NCBI GenBank assembly: GCA_038923045.1
Contig: JBCKWE010000003.1
Span: 5,416 to 69,415 of the forward strand
Length of the DNA stretch: 64,000 nt
Source of the DNA: Legionellaceae bacterium
Lineage (GTDB): Bacteria > Pseudomonadota > Gammaproteobacteria > Legionellales > Legionellaceae
Direction of reading: 5' to 3'
A program made the translations under genes and the position numbers. Below the pieces are notes generated by a model. The model was given only the letters and a program-made list of their open reading frames with translations, did no database searches and had not been told where the DNA came from. This document shows, piece by piece, positions 36,217 through 44,598 of this stretch (position 1 is the stretch's first letter; the number at the start of each line of letters is the position of its first letter).

Positions 36217-37458
36217 ATGTTCATACTATTAGGGGAAATAACTATGCCACTGTTTTTGCGCGACTTTATAAGTACTCAACTCAGGACACCGCACACGGCA
36301 TACGCTGTGATAGATTCATTGATGGCAAAAATGTATCAGACGCCACCCAATGTACATGATACTGCAACATCCGAGCACTACTCCCCTAAATACAAGGAAT
36401 TAATAGCCCATCCTGAATATAATTTACGCCATAATAACGCAATGCAAGGTCAATTAGAATACATATTATTCAATAAACCTCCTAGGTTTTCCTCTCATAC
36501 GCAGAAAATATCTTTTTGTAAACAAAATTTATTACCAGCTGAATTGAAGGTATTTATGCAAGCATTTATATTTGAGATATCTGACTTAGGGAATTGTTCC
36601 CATCGCTCAGCTTACGCTGCATTAAAATTACATGAAATATTTCAAGATACCCCCATTGAAGTCTTTGTTAAATCGGCTGAACATATCGATCAACATGTGG
36701 TTTGTCTTGGCAACAAGACAATGGGTTATCTCGTTTATGATCCCTTAACAAACCCAGAACTTTTGTTTGCTCATGAGGAATATTCAAAAACTATTCTAAC
36801 CATGTTTAGTGTTCATCAACGACCTAAACTACCCACACAAGTTAGGGTTACAGTGGATTTACGTGAACAATATCAACACATAGCTGCAGGTATTGGAGCA
36901 ATTTTATCTGTTGATATTGATAAATTTAAGGTATCTGAATTTCTAAAAATTCCTGAACTACAGGATTCTATATTTCATGTTTTTGGTCCTGATGCTAGTT
37001 CAATACTGGTTAAAGCTGATAAAGAATTAAAACGAAAATATGGAAAGGGTATGCCTTTATCGACAAGACAGTTAGAGGCTTCTGAGGCGCTTAAGGCTCC
37101 ATCACTATCTATTTTTTCCCAGCGCTCACCCCATGACCAACTGATTATCGACATTAAAAAGTATTTAAAGCAGAATCCCGGAGCAACATCTGATGCTTTT
37201 ATGACGAATATTGAGAGAGACCGAAATTATTCTTTGGCGCTGCGCAATGCCTGCTCCTGGGGAAATCGTGAGTTGGTCAAATTATTAATACACTATAGTG
37301 ATAAGGGCTTGGAGATCGATTTTAATCAGACGTCTACAAATGGAAACACACCGCTGGTGTGGTTTGAAACATCCACCGCTAGCAGTCTGGTAAAAGCTGA
37401 AATAACGGCCCTGCTGAGAGAAAAAATCGAAGCGGAAACGGCTCACCCAAGCCCTTGA
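36217..37458 (+). CDS. Ankyrin-repeat protein, effector-like
   Basis: C-terminal ALRNACSWGNRELVKLLIHY...TSTNGNTPLVWF gives 2 ANK-like units. The N-terminal domain is unknown (GNCSHRSAYAALKL ... DQHVVCLGN). The start could be ATG 36244. Confidence 0.6.
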   Translation: MFILLGEITMPLFLRDFISTQLRTPHTAYAVIDSLMAKMYQTPPNVHDTATSEHYSPKYKELIAHPEYNLRHNNAMQGQLEYILFNKPPRFSSHTQKISFCKQNLLPAELKVFMQAFIFEISDLGNCSHRSAYAALKLHEIFQDTPIEVFVKSAEHIDQHVVCLGNKTMGYLVYDPLTNPELLFAHEEYSKTILTMFSVHQRPKLPTQVRVTVDLREQYQHIAAGIGAILSVDIDKFKVSEFLKIPELQDSIFHVFGPDASSILVKADKELKRKYGKGMPLSTRQLEASEALKAPSLSIFSQRSPHDQLIIDIKKYLKQNPGATSDAFMTNIERDRNYSLALRNACSWGNRELVKLLIHYSDKGLEIDFNQTSTNGNTPLVWFETSTASSLVKAEITALLREKIEAETAHPSP

Positions 37459-37493
37459 ACACAGCCTTGAGTATAGAAGCAGAATTGACCGCC

Positions 37494-38408
37494 TTATCTT
37501 TTTATTTTTTTTATAGCATCCAGAGAAAGGCCGGTTAACTGTTTGATTTCATCAGGTGATTTATTCGCTTTAAGCATATTGATAGCCACTTGAACAATGC
37601 CTTGTTCAATGCCTTGTTCAATGCCTTGTTCAATGCCTTGTTCAATGCCTTTTTCAAAACCTCTTGCTTCACCCTTCTGTTCGTAATTTTTTATGGTGTT
37701 CGTTTGAATTTGAAGCCACTTAAGATGGTCGTCATAATCTTCTCGTTCAGCCTCGTTGAAATTCATAACAGCGAGCACATCAAGCGCTTTCTTTAGCCCT
37801 GTGTTTTCCAAATTAGCTGGCAGGATGTTTTTATTCAATACATTATATTTGGTTAAAAAGGCGACCCAGACATCAAGAGACGTCTTGATTTTGGCTATCA
37901 AATCCACCATTTCATTGCTAACGCTGTCAGTAAACTTTTTGAGCTCGATGGTATGTAATTCCAGATCTCTAAAATACGTTATTCCATTCTCTTTTTCAAC
38001 AATATGAAATACATTATGGTACTTATCCGATTGCGGAATACTCGTGAAGTTTAGTATATGAATACCAATGGCTTTTGAAAGGTTGGCATAATCTTCCGCT
38101 TCTTTTAATTGTTCTGTGTATAATTTAGCCCAATAATACAACGCTCTTTTATTATAATCAGCTTCATCACTAATCTGAATTTCAATGTTGAACCGTTTAC
38201 CATCCGCCCCTTTCGCTTTAATGTCCAGAATCGATAGTTTATCATTCCTGAAACTTTTTGGATTATACGGATTAAGCAAAGTGACTTCGGATATTTGGTC
38301 TTCTTCAGATACAATTGAATTAACCAGCGAAATCAACAAATCTTTGTTTTCTTCAACACCAAAAATTTTCTTAAACGCAATATCAACGCGAGGCGTAATG
38401 CCAGCCAT
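37494..38408 (-). CDS. Rpn-family PD-(D/E)XK recombination-promoting nuclease / putative transposase
   Basis: N-terminal PRVDIAFKKIFG..NKDLLISLVNSI, ..LDIKA...G..FNIEIQ (PD-(D/E)XK core), and a C-terminal GIEQGIEQGIEQGIEQ repeat. Confidence 0.8.
   Translation of the reverse strand: MAGITPRVDIAFKKIFGVEENKDLLISLVNSIVSEEDQISEVTLLNPYNPKSFRNDKLSILDIKAKGADGKRFNIEIQISDEADYNKRALYYWAKLYTEQLKEAEDYANLSKAIGIHILNFTSIPQSDKYHNVFHIVEKENGITYFRDLELHTIELKKFTDSVSNEMVDLIAKIKTSLDVWVAFLTKYNVLNKNILPANLENTGLKKALDVLAVMNFNEAEREDYDDHLKWLQIQTNTIKNYEQKGEARGFEKGIEQGIEQGIEQGIEQGIVQVAINMLKANKSPDEIKQLTGLSLDAIKKIKR
37595..37654. repeat. 12-bp in-frame tandem repeat (4 perfect units plus 1 degenerate)
   Basis: (CAATGCCTTGTT)x4 then CAATGCCTTTTT. 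It encodes (GIEQ)n in the Rpn gene. Confidence 0.9.
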
Positions 38409-38628
38409 TTAATATCTCCTGTAATTTGAATAGGTCACTAATATCCATGAGAATCAGTATACTACACGATTGCAGCGACTAAAACCCCCCTATTTATTTA
38501 GCCTAGGCATGCAGTTGACTCCACAAACAGGTTTTTATTTTAAATAATTAATTATGGGTGTACAAAAACGCGCAATAAAATTTGTTGCTTCACTACGATT
38601 TATTACGTTTATGAGCTAAAGAATATAT

Positions 38629-38716
38629 TGGCGGAGAGACAGGGATTCGAACCCTGGGAAGGTTACCCTTCAACGGTTTTCAAGACCGCCGCATTCGACC
38701 GCTCTGCCATCTCTCC
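38629..38716 (-). tRNA. tRNA-Ser (anticodon UGA), class II, CCA encoded
   Basis: The reverse complement folds as GGAGAGA acceptor stem, anticodon loop CUUGAAA, long variable arm GAAGGGUAACCUUCC and T-arm CAGGG-UUCGAAU-CCCUG, ending G-CCA. Confidence 0.9.
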
Positions 38717-38839
38717 GTCACGGATTTTATAGTACCCAAAACGGCTTTGCAACTGCTTTTTATTAAATTTTGCTTTTTTTAGCCATCCGAATGGGTATAA
38801 TGTTGCAAGTTTGTTTTGACGCTTGTTTGTGGGTAATAC

Positions 38840-39613
38840 ATGAAAAAAATTAATATGTTATTGGTGATTGGGATTTTATTATCGTTAACCGCGTGTAAAC
38901 ATTGGTGGGGTGGTAGCGATGAAGACGATAATCCGTATCAAGGCGTGAGTGCGAGGCAATTGTATGCTGATGCACAAAAAGAGATGGTAAAGGCGCAGTA
39001 TTCGGCGGCTATTAAACGTCTGGAGGCGCTGGATACGATGTATCCTTTTAATGATTATGCTGAACAGGCTCAAATTGATTTAATTTATGCTTATTATAAA
39101 AAAGAAGACTATCCCTCGACAGCAGCGACCGCGGAGCGCTTTATTCATCTTTATCCGCGCGCAAAACGTGTTGACTATGCGTATTACCTGAAGGCGCTGG
39201 CCAATTTCCAGCAGACACGAGGCGCGTTGGCTAATATGTTTCCGTCAGATGATTCGTGGCGTGATCCCGGTACGCAATCGCAAGCCTATTCGGATTTTGC
39301 TACCCTTGTGCAAAAATTTCCCGATAGCCGTTACAAAGCAAATTCATTGCAACGCATGATCTATCTGCGCAATATGTTCGCGATGCGTGAGTTGAATACG
39401 GCACAGTATTATTATGAGCGTAAAATGTACGTTGCCGCAGCCGAGCGCGCCGGCTATCTCATTAAAACCTACCCGCAAGCATCCAGTGCGCAATCAGCCT
39501 TGGCGATTCTTTATCACGCGAATCAGGCCTTAGGTTTAAAAAAGGCCGCTGACGAGGCGCAGGTTGTGTATCGAGCTACTTATCATGCCTTGCCGAAAGA
39601 GCCTGTAAGTTGA
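38840..39613 (+). CDS. bamD: Outer membrane protein assembly factor BamD
   Basis: Lipobox LSLTAC. TPR-like YDAQKEMVKAQYSAAIKRLEALDTMYPF..YAEQAQIDLIYAYYK and RYKANSLQRMIYLRN. Confidence 0.85.
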   Translation: MKKINMLLVIGILLSLTACKHWWGGSDEDDNPYQGVSARQLYADAQKEMVKAQYSAAIKRLEALDTMYPFNDYAEQAQIDLIYAYYKKEDYPSTAATAERFIHLYPRAKRVDYAYYLKALANFQQTRGALANMFPSDDSWRDPGTQSQAYSDFATLVQKFPDSRYKANSLQRMIYLRNMFAMRELNTAQYYYERKMYVAAAERAGYLIKTYPQASSAQSALAILYHANQALGLKKAADEAQVVYRATYHALPKEPVS

Positions 39614-39630
39614 TTTGTCCCTTCTCAGCT

Positions 39631-39740
39631 ATTCTGGGTGAACAGAACCCGTAGGGTGGGCAAAGGGCCACAAGCCCATGCCCACCAGAACAGGGCATGG
39701 TGGGCATGACGCTGCCCGCTCCTATGCCCACCACCCTACG
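39631..39740. repeat. Full-length REP/MITE-like element (inverted relative to 398-518)
   Basis: TTCTGGGTGAACAGAACCCGTAGGGTGGGCAAAGGGCCACAAGCCCATGCCCACCAGAACAGGGCATGGTGGGCA...CCCACCACCCTAC. Confidence 0.8.
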
Positions 39741-39769
39741 GCGTTCGGTAATATAGGGTGTATTTTAAT

Positions 39770-40696
39770 CTAAATTGAACACGTCTCTTCAAGCGCACGC
39801 ACTTCAGGTTCAACCTCTGTAATCCCCACCAGCAGGTCATCCATCAATGATCGAAACTCACCCGATAGCAACGTGAGGGCGGCGTCTTGTTGTTCGTACT
39901 CATCTTCCATTTGGCGTGTTTCGTTGAAATCATCTGCCAGATAATCCATGCATTTCAAACGCTTGAGGGTTAACTCGTGGGTTAGCGTGAATTGAATGCG
40001 TTCATTCCAGATGATGGATATTTCTGAAACCCCCAAACCTTGTGATAACAGCGTGAGTATTTCTTCGGCGGGCAATTCGTACCCTTTGCAGGTAAACCGT
40101 TTTTTCTCATCATGCGGTGAAAACAACAGGCAGTCAGATGCCAGTTGAAAATTAGCCGGAAGTGAGGCAGGATTATTAATCCATTCAGCCAATAGAACCG
40201 ATAGATTTCCGCTGTGTTGCAATGGTTGAATACTCATTCCAGGTACTGTTTTACGCAGTAATGAGGTGAGTTGGGAGGCTTGGTTTGTGCTGGCAGCATT
40301 GATGACTAAACGCTTGCTAACCGTATCCAGTAGCGCAAATATACGCTTTTGCAGGCAAAAGGATTTTGGCAGCAGTTCAAATTCAAGATCTTCAGCCATT
40401 TGGCCTTTTTCGGCGCGTTTGACGGCATAACCGCGTTGCGTTTCCAATGCCAGTATACGTTCTGCAAGCATACGATTGATAACGCTGCGAGGTAGAAGCC
40501 GTTCCTCCTTGCCCATGCAAATCAGAACCGTGCCAGCCGCTTCATGCACAAACTCACCTGCAATTGCTGGTAACCAACCATAAATAAACCGTGCATGGGG
40601 CGGGCAGGGTTTCAATGCCTCTTGTGAAAGTAAATCAGCAAGGTCAGTTGACTCGGCAAGCTCGTATTGATAGATCAGCGCATTGTTAAACCACAT
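39770..40696 (-). CDS. rdgC: Recombination-associated protein RdgC
   Basis: MWFNNALIYQY.., ..FIYGWLP.., ICMGKEERLLPRSVI and IQFTLTHELTLKRLKC follow the E. coli RdgC pattern as I recall it. Confidence 0.85.
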   Translation of the reverse strand: MWFNNALIYQYELAESTDLADLLSQEALKPCPPHARFIYGWLPAIAGEFVHEAAGTVLICMGKEERLLPRSVINRMLAERILALETQRGYAVKRAEKGQMAEDLEFELLPKSFCLQKRIFALLDTVSKRLVINAASTNQASQLTSLLRKTVPGMSIQPLQHSGNLSVLLAEWINNPASLPANFQLASDCLLFSPHDEKKRFTCKGYELPAEEILTLLSQGLGVSEISIIWNERIQFTLTHELTLKRLKCMDYLADDFNETRQMEDEYEQQDAALTLLSGEFRSLMDDLLVGITEVEPEVRALEETCSI

Positions 40697-40759
40697 GATA
40701 GATTCCTCTTGAAAAAAACTTATCCTAGCATTATTCTGGTGTTTTCGACAGGAGATTTT

Positions 40760-41494
40760 GTGAACCTAAATAATCAAATAGCCGTTGTAACGGGCGGTGC
40801 TTCTGGCATGGGCAAAGCATGCACACAAGCTTTGCGGGATCGTGGTGTAGGCGTTGTGGTGTGGGACAGGCAAGCGGGTGTTGATGATATTGTTTGTGAT
40901 GTCAGTTCCGCTGAATCAATAGAACAAGCACTTCAAGAAACCATCTCCCGTATTGGCGTACCTAGGATCTGCATTAATTGTGCCGGTGTAGCCCCTGCCC
41001 GTCGTATGGTTGGTAAAGAGGGCGTGATGCCGCTGGATGCATTTAAACAGGTGATAGATATTAATCTGGTTGGAACATTTAATGTGATGCGCATGGTAGC
41101 TGACGCGATGTCACGTCTCTTAGTCTTGGATGATACCCAAGAGCGCGGCGTGATTATTAACACGGCATCGGTAGCTGCCTTTGAAGGTCAGATTGGACAA
41201 ACAGCTTATAGTGCATCGAAGGGTGGTATTGTCGCCATGACATTACCTGCGGCGCGCGAGCTGGCGCAATATGGGATACGCGTGAATACGATAGCACCTG
41301 GTTTGATAGCGACGCCGTTGTTATTAAACATGCCGCAAGCCGTTCAGGATAGTTTAGTGGCTGCTGTGCCTTTTCCAAAACGCTTTGGGAGGCCTGAAGA
41401 GTTTGCGGCATTGGTGATTCATATTATTGAAAATTGCATGATTAATGGTGAGGTTATACGGTTGGATGGCGCGTTGCGTATGCAGGCGCGATAA
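40760..41494 (+). CDS. SDR-family 3-hydroxyacyl-CoA dehydrogenase-like oxidoreductase
   Basis: GTG start at 40760 after AGGAG (40750-40754). VTGGASGMGKA, NCAG and YSASKGGIVAMT. Confidence 0.75.
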   Translation: MNLNNQIAVVTGGASGMGKACTQALRDRGVGVVVWDRQAGVDDIVCDVSSAESIEQALQETISRIGVPRICINCAGVAPARRMVGKEGVMPLDAFKQVIDINLVGTFNVMRMVADAMSRLLVLDDTQERGVIINTASVAAFEGQIGQTAYSASKGGIVAMTLPAARELAQYGIRVNTIAPGLIATPLLLNMPQAVQDSLVAAVPFPKRFGRPEEFAALVIHIIENCMINGEVIRLDGALRMQAR

Positions 41495-41517
41495 TCAGAA
41501 CGTGCAGAGCGAGGCCT

Positions 41518-41892
41518 ATGAACAGACTTAAACATCATTTGATTATGATCGGCATGTTGCTGCCAACAGCATGTCTAGCGGCGAGTCATCATCCACAGGA
41601 ATTTTTAAAGGAAATTGCTGGTTCAAAAACGGAAGGCATGCAAATTGTGCAGCATTATTGCGCCATGTGCCATGACAAAAACCCGATGATACAGCTTGGT
41701 GCACCGACTAGCGGGCAAAAGGACGCGTGGGGGCCACGGATTAAGCAGGGTATTGATGTGTTGCTAAAACACACAGACGAAGGCTTGAATGCGATGCCCG
41801 CCCGCGGGGGGTGTTTTGAATGCAGTGATAAGCAATTGTTGTTGGCTATTGAGGCGATGTTGCCGAAGGACAGCCCTGCAACAGCCCCCTAA
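41518..41892 (+). CDS. Cytochrome c5-type monohaem cytochrome
   Basis: Signal peptide, haem site CAMCH, and MPARGGCFECSDKQLLLAIEAM (c5 Met ligand plus disulfide pair). Confidence 0.8.
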   Translation: MNRLKHHLIMIGMLLPTACLAASHHPQEFLKEIAGSKTEGMQIVQHYCAMCHDKNPMIQLGAPTSGQKDAWGPRIKQGIDVLLKHTDEGLNAMPARGGCFECSDKQLLLAIEAMLPKDSPATAP

Positions 41893-42734
41893 TGAATGGT
41901 TTTTTCGGCAGTACTAACAGCCAGCATTGCCTGAGCAAGTACCTGATTAATCTTAGCCGCAACGCTCGGAAACGCTAAATTAAATTGCCGTCCAGCCTCC
42001 TCAGGCTTTGATTGGTTGGCAACAATAATGCGAGTAACCGCTACCAGAAAACTCTGCGGATCAAGTAATTCAGCTTTTTGTAACTTTTCTTTTGCCTCTG
42101 CCATATTATTTTGTAGCGCGTCTATCAACGCGAGTCCGCCCCAGCCATCAGCCGCGTCCACATCAATCTTCACGGCTTGCAGATATGCCATTTCTGCCTT
42201 GCTTATATTGTTTTGTAATAAATGGCACCAGCCTGAACCTATCCAGCTTTCATAAAAGTTAGGGAAAATGTCGGTTGTTTTAGAAAAAGCCTGTTCGGCA
42301 GCTGTGAGGTTCATGTGGCGCATTTGGGTGTTGCCTAATGCAAACCACAAGCGGGCGTCTTGTGGATTGATTTCGATTAGTGCGTTTATTTCATCCAGCG
42401 TGGCATCGTTTAGACTCGCGCGTAACAGCATTTGTACTAACCGGCCTTCGTAGTTACTAGGGTTGAGTGCGAGCGCTTTTTTGGAAAACAAGTCTGCTTT
42501 GATGGGATTGTTGTTGTCAACGTGCAGAAGTGCCAATAATCCGGCGATGTCGGCGCTGGATTTATGTTCGAGGATGAGTTGCTCCAACAGCGTGATAGCG
42601 TCATCCAGTTTTTCTTGATGATGGAGTATCTGGGCTTTTAACATGCCAACTGTCAGTAGCAGATTGGGGTTGGTTTTATCCTGCTCCAGATAAGCTAGGT
42701 GGTGTGTAAGTTTTTCTTGCAGTTGAATAATCAT
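41889..42734 (-). CDS. TPR-repeat protein
   Basis: Multiple 34-aa TPR-like units (..AEQAFSKTTDIFPNFYESWIGSGWCHL..AEMAYLQAVKID..). Start moved to ATG 42734 (AAGGA RBS) because the upstream codons lie inside the 42751-42830 repeat. Confidence 0.7.
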   Translation of the reverse strand: MIIQLQEKLTHHLAYLEQDKTNPNLLLTVGMLKAQILHHQEKLDDAITLLEQLILEHKSSADIAGLLALLHVDNNNPIKADLFSKKALALNPSNYEGRLVQMLLRASLNDATLDEINALIEINPQDARLWFALGNTQMRHMNLTAAEQAFSKTTDIFPNFYESWIGSGWCHLLQNNISKAEMAYLQAVKIDVDAADGWGGLALIDALQNNMAEAKEKLQKAELLDPQSFLVAVTRIIVANQSKPEEAGRQFNLAFPSVAAKINQVLAQAMLAVSTAEKTIH

Positions 42735-42750
42735 AGTTAATCCTTTTGTA

Positions 42751-42830
42751 TTGGTGGGCACGCTGCGCTTTGCCCACCCTACATCGTGTATTTAATTGTA
42801 GGGTGGGCAAAGCGCAGCGTGCCCACCAAT
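42751..42830. repeat. Perfect 32-bp inverted repeat (REP family variant) between fliP and the TPR gene
   Basis: TTGGTGGGCACGCTGCGCTTTGCCCACCCTAC, 15-nt loop, GTAGGGTGGGCAAAGCGCAGCGTGCCCACCAA. Confidence 0.9.
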
Positions 42831-42842
42831 ACAGTCGCATTC

Positions 42843-43580
42843 TTAATGAAAACTGGTGACCAGCGCTTGAACCACCAAATCAAACCCATCAATCAATACA
42901 AATAGTAAAATTTTAATCGGCAGTGAGATGGTCATGGGAGGCATCATCATCATGCCCATGGTCATTAAAATTCCCGAGACTATCAAATCGACCAGCAAAA
43001 ACGGCAAAAAAATCATGAAGCCGATTTGAAAGGCTGTTTGTAATTCACTGAGCAAAAAGGCTGGGATCAGTTGATAAAATTTAATGTCTTCGGCTTGAGA
43101 GGGTACCGGTTCCTTGGCTAATTGCCAAATCAATTTTAACTCTTTTTCACGCGTTTGTTTCAGCATGAACTGGCGTAAAGGCTCTACGGCTTTTTGCAGT
43201 GCTTCTTCACCATCGATTTGTTTTGCCTGGTAAGGTTCATAGGCCTTATCGTAAATGGTTTGTGCAATCGGCATCATGGTAAAAAGGGTTAGAAACAAAG
43301 CTAAACTGATCATGACCGTATTCGGTGGCGTTTGTTGTAATCCAAGTGCTGATCGTAGCATGGATAGCACGATGATGATGCGTGTGAAGGAGGAGAGCAT
43401 GATCAGAATACCAGGCGCTAGACTCAAAATTGTGAGCAGTGCAAATACTTTCAAGGCAGGTGATATTGTGTCATGATCAAACCGAATCATGCCAAGTAAG
43501 GTATCAGGCTCACCTGCAAAGCTGAGCGTTGGTAATATCAGTAGCAGCAGGGATATCCACAACGTGGATCGATTCATCAC
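42843..43580 (-). CDS. fliP: Flagellar/T3SS export gate protein FliP (SctR family)
   Basis: SSFTRIIIVLSMLRSALGLQQTPPN and FLPFLLVDLIVSGILMTMGMMMMPPMTISLPIKILLFVLIDGF. Confidence 0.9.
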   Translation of the reverse strand: MMNRSTLWISLLLLILPTLSFAGEPDTLLGMIRFDHDTISPALKVFALLTILSLAPGILIMLSSFTRIIIVLSMLRSALGLQQTPPNTVMISLALFLTLFTMMPIAQTIYDKAYEPYQAKQIDGEEALQKAVEPLRQFMLKQTREKELKLIWQLAKEPVPSQAEDIKFYQLIPAFLLSELQTAFQIGFMIFLPFLLVDLIVSGILMTMGMMMMPPMTISLPIKILLFVLIDGFDLVVQALVTSFH

Positions 43581-43879
43581 CCCGTAACCTCAGTAATCTG
43601 AATCGCAAAACAGTCCTCACAGCTCATTAACTCGCCTCGTGCTATCACTTGATTATTCAATACAATATCCACAGGTTCATGTGTTTGTTGATGCAATGAC
43701 AGCTGCGCACCTTGTTTAAGCTGGCGCAGTTCATTGATGGTTAGGGTGAGGGTGCCTATGCGAACCAGGCACTCCACCTCAATGTCTCCCACCAAGTTTA
43801 GATAATTTTCAGAAACAGGGCTGCCATTCGTCGAAGGCTGTTGGTCTAAAAGGGCTATTTTTTTTGCGGTAATGGTCAT
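43577..43879 (-). CDS. fliN: FliN-type SpoA-domain switch protein (100 aa)
   Basis: VECLVRIGTLTLTINELRQLKQGAQLSL....PVDIVLNNQVIARGEL....CFAIQITEV is a SpoA domain. Confidence 0.75.
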   Translation of the reverse strand: MTITAKKIALLDQQPSTNGSPVSENYLNLVGDIEVECLVRIGTLTLTINELRQLKQGAQLSLHQQTHEPVDIVLNNQVIARGELMSCEDCFAIQITEVTG

Positions 43880-44598
43880 GATTTTCTCGATGTTAAAATG
43901 GATTTAGTGGTGTTTAATTTGCCGATATCTACGTTACAGATGGTTTGTTGTTGATGCGTCAACGCCAAGGGGTCTGTAATGGGATGATCGGTTTTGATCA
44001 CATCGCCAACTTGCAGGCGAATGACGTCTGCCAGTTTTAATGGCAATGGGTTTAGCGTAACGTGCAGCTGAAGGCGTTGTGTCGCCAGTGCTTCATGTAA
44101 TGTTACTGGTGATTTTGTTGATCTGTAATTTGATGGTAATGCATCAGAAACCCATTGAGGGTGTAGGTAGATTGTGATGCTTTCATTCGCGCACGTTAAT
44201 GTGAGGGCGCAAGTGGGTGCACCTGTGTAAAACCAGTCTTCAATAACCCATTTTTCAATCGTCTCTTTTAATACTGCTGCACCAAGCAATTGACTCAACA
44301 ATGCCATAAACAACGACTCAGCTACCGCATCAAAGCAATCGGATGTATCGTCAAATAGGCTATATTTAATCAACGATAAACATGATTTATCCAACAAAGC
44401 GATCCCGCTGTTTGCAGCGTTGGTTAGATTATCAAACTTAAGAGATCCTGGTAGTTTCGGGTTTCGACGTAACTGACACGATAATGGAAATAACGCATGC
44501 ACATCATTCCAAGCTTGCAGTTTGCACGCAAACGCTTGCTGTAGATCACGCAGTTCTGTGCAGTTAATCAATCGATACGGTTTGAATTTTGAATTCAT
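43876..44598 (-). CDS. Short FliM/SctQ-like switch protein (240 aa)
   Basis: Position upstream of fliN. C-terminal LPLKLADVIRLQVGDVIKTDHPITDPLALTHQQQTICNVDIG is SpoA-like. No N-terminal CheY-binding LSQxEIDxLL-type peptide is seen. Confidence 0.5.
   Translation of the reverse strand: MNSKFKPYRLINCTELRDLQQAFACKLQAWNDVHALFPLSCQLRRNPKLPGSLKFDNLTNAANSGIALLDKSCLSLIKYSLFDDTSDCFDAVAESLFMALLSQLLGAAVLKETIEKWVIEDWFYTGAPTCALTLTCANESITIYLHPQWVSDALPSNYRSTKSPVTLHEALATQRLQLHVTLNPLPLKLADVIRLQVGDVIKTDHPITDPLALTHQQQTICNVDIGKLNTTKSILTSRKS

Noticed and set aside
42751-42830. The 32-bp perfect hairpin as a simple rho-independent terminator of the flagellar operon.
   Set aside because: There is no U tract on either side, and the sequence belongs to the dispersed GTAGGGTGGGCAAAG repeat family. 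It is kept as a repeat with possible RNA-level function, not annotated as a terminator.
42762-42842. Absence of fliQ, fliR, flhB, motAB, fliC, flgKL and flgJ as proof of gene loss.
   Set aside because: The window ends 29 bp upstream of flhA, and the missing genes could lie beyond 64000 or elsewhere. It is reported only as 'not in view'.
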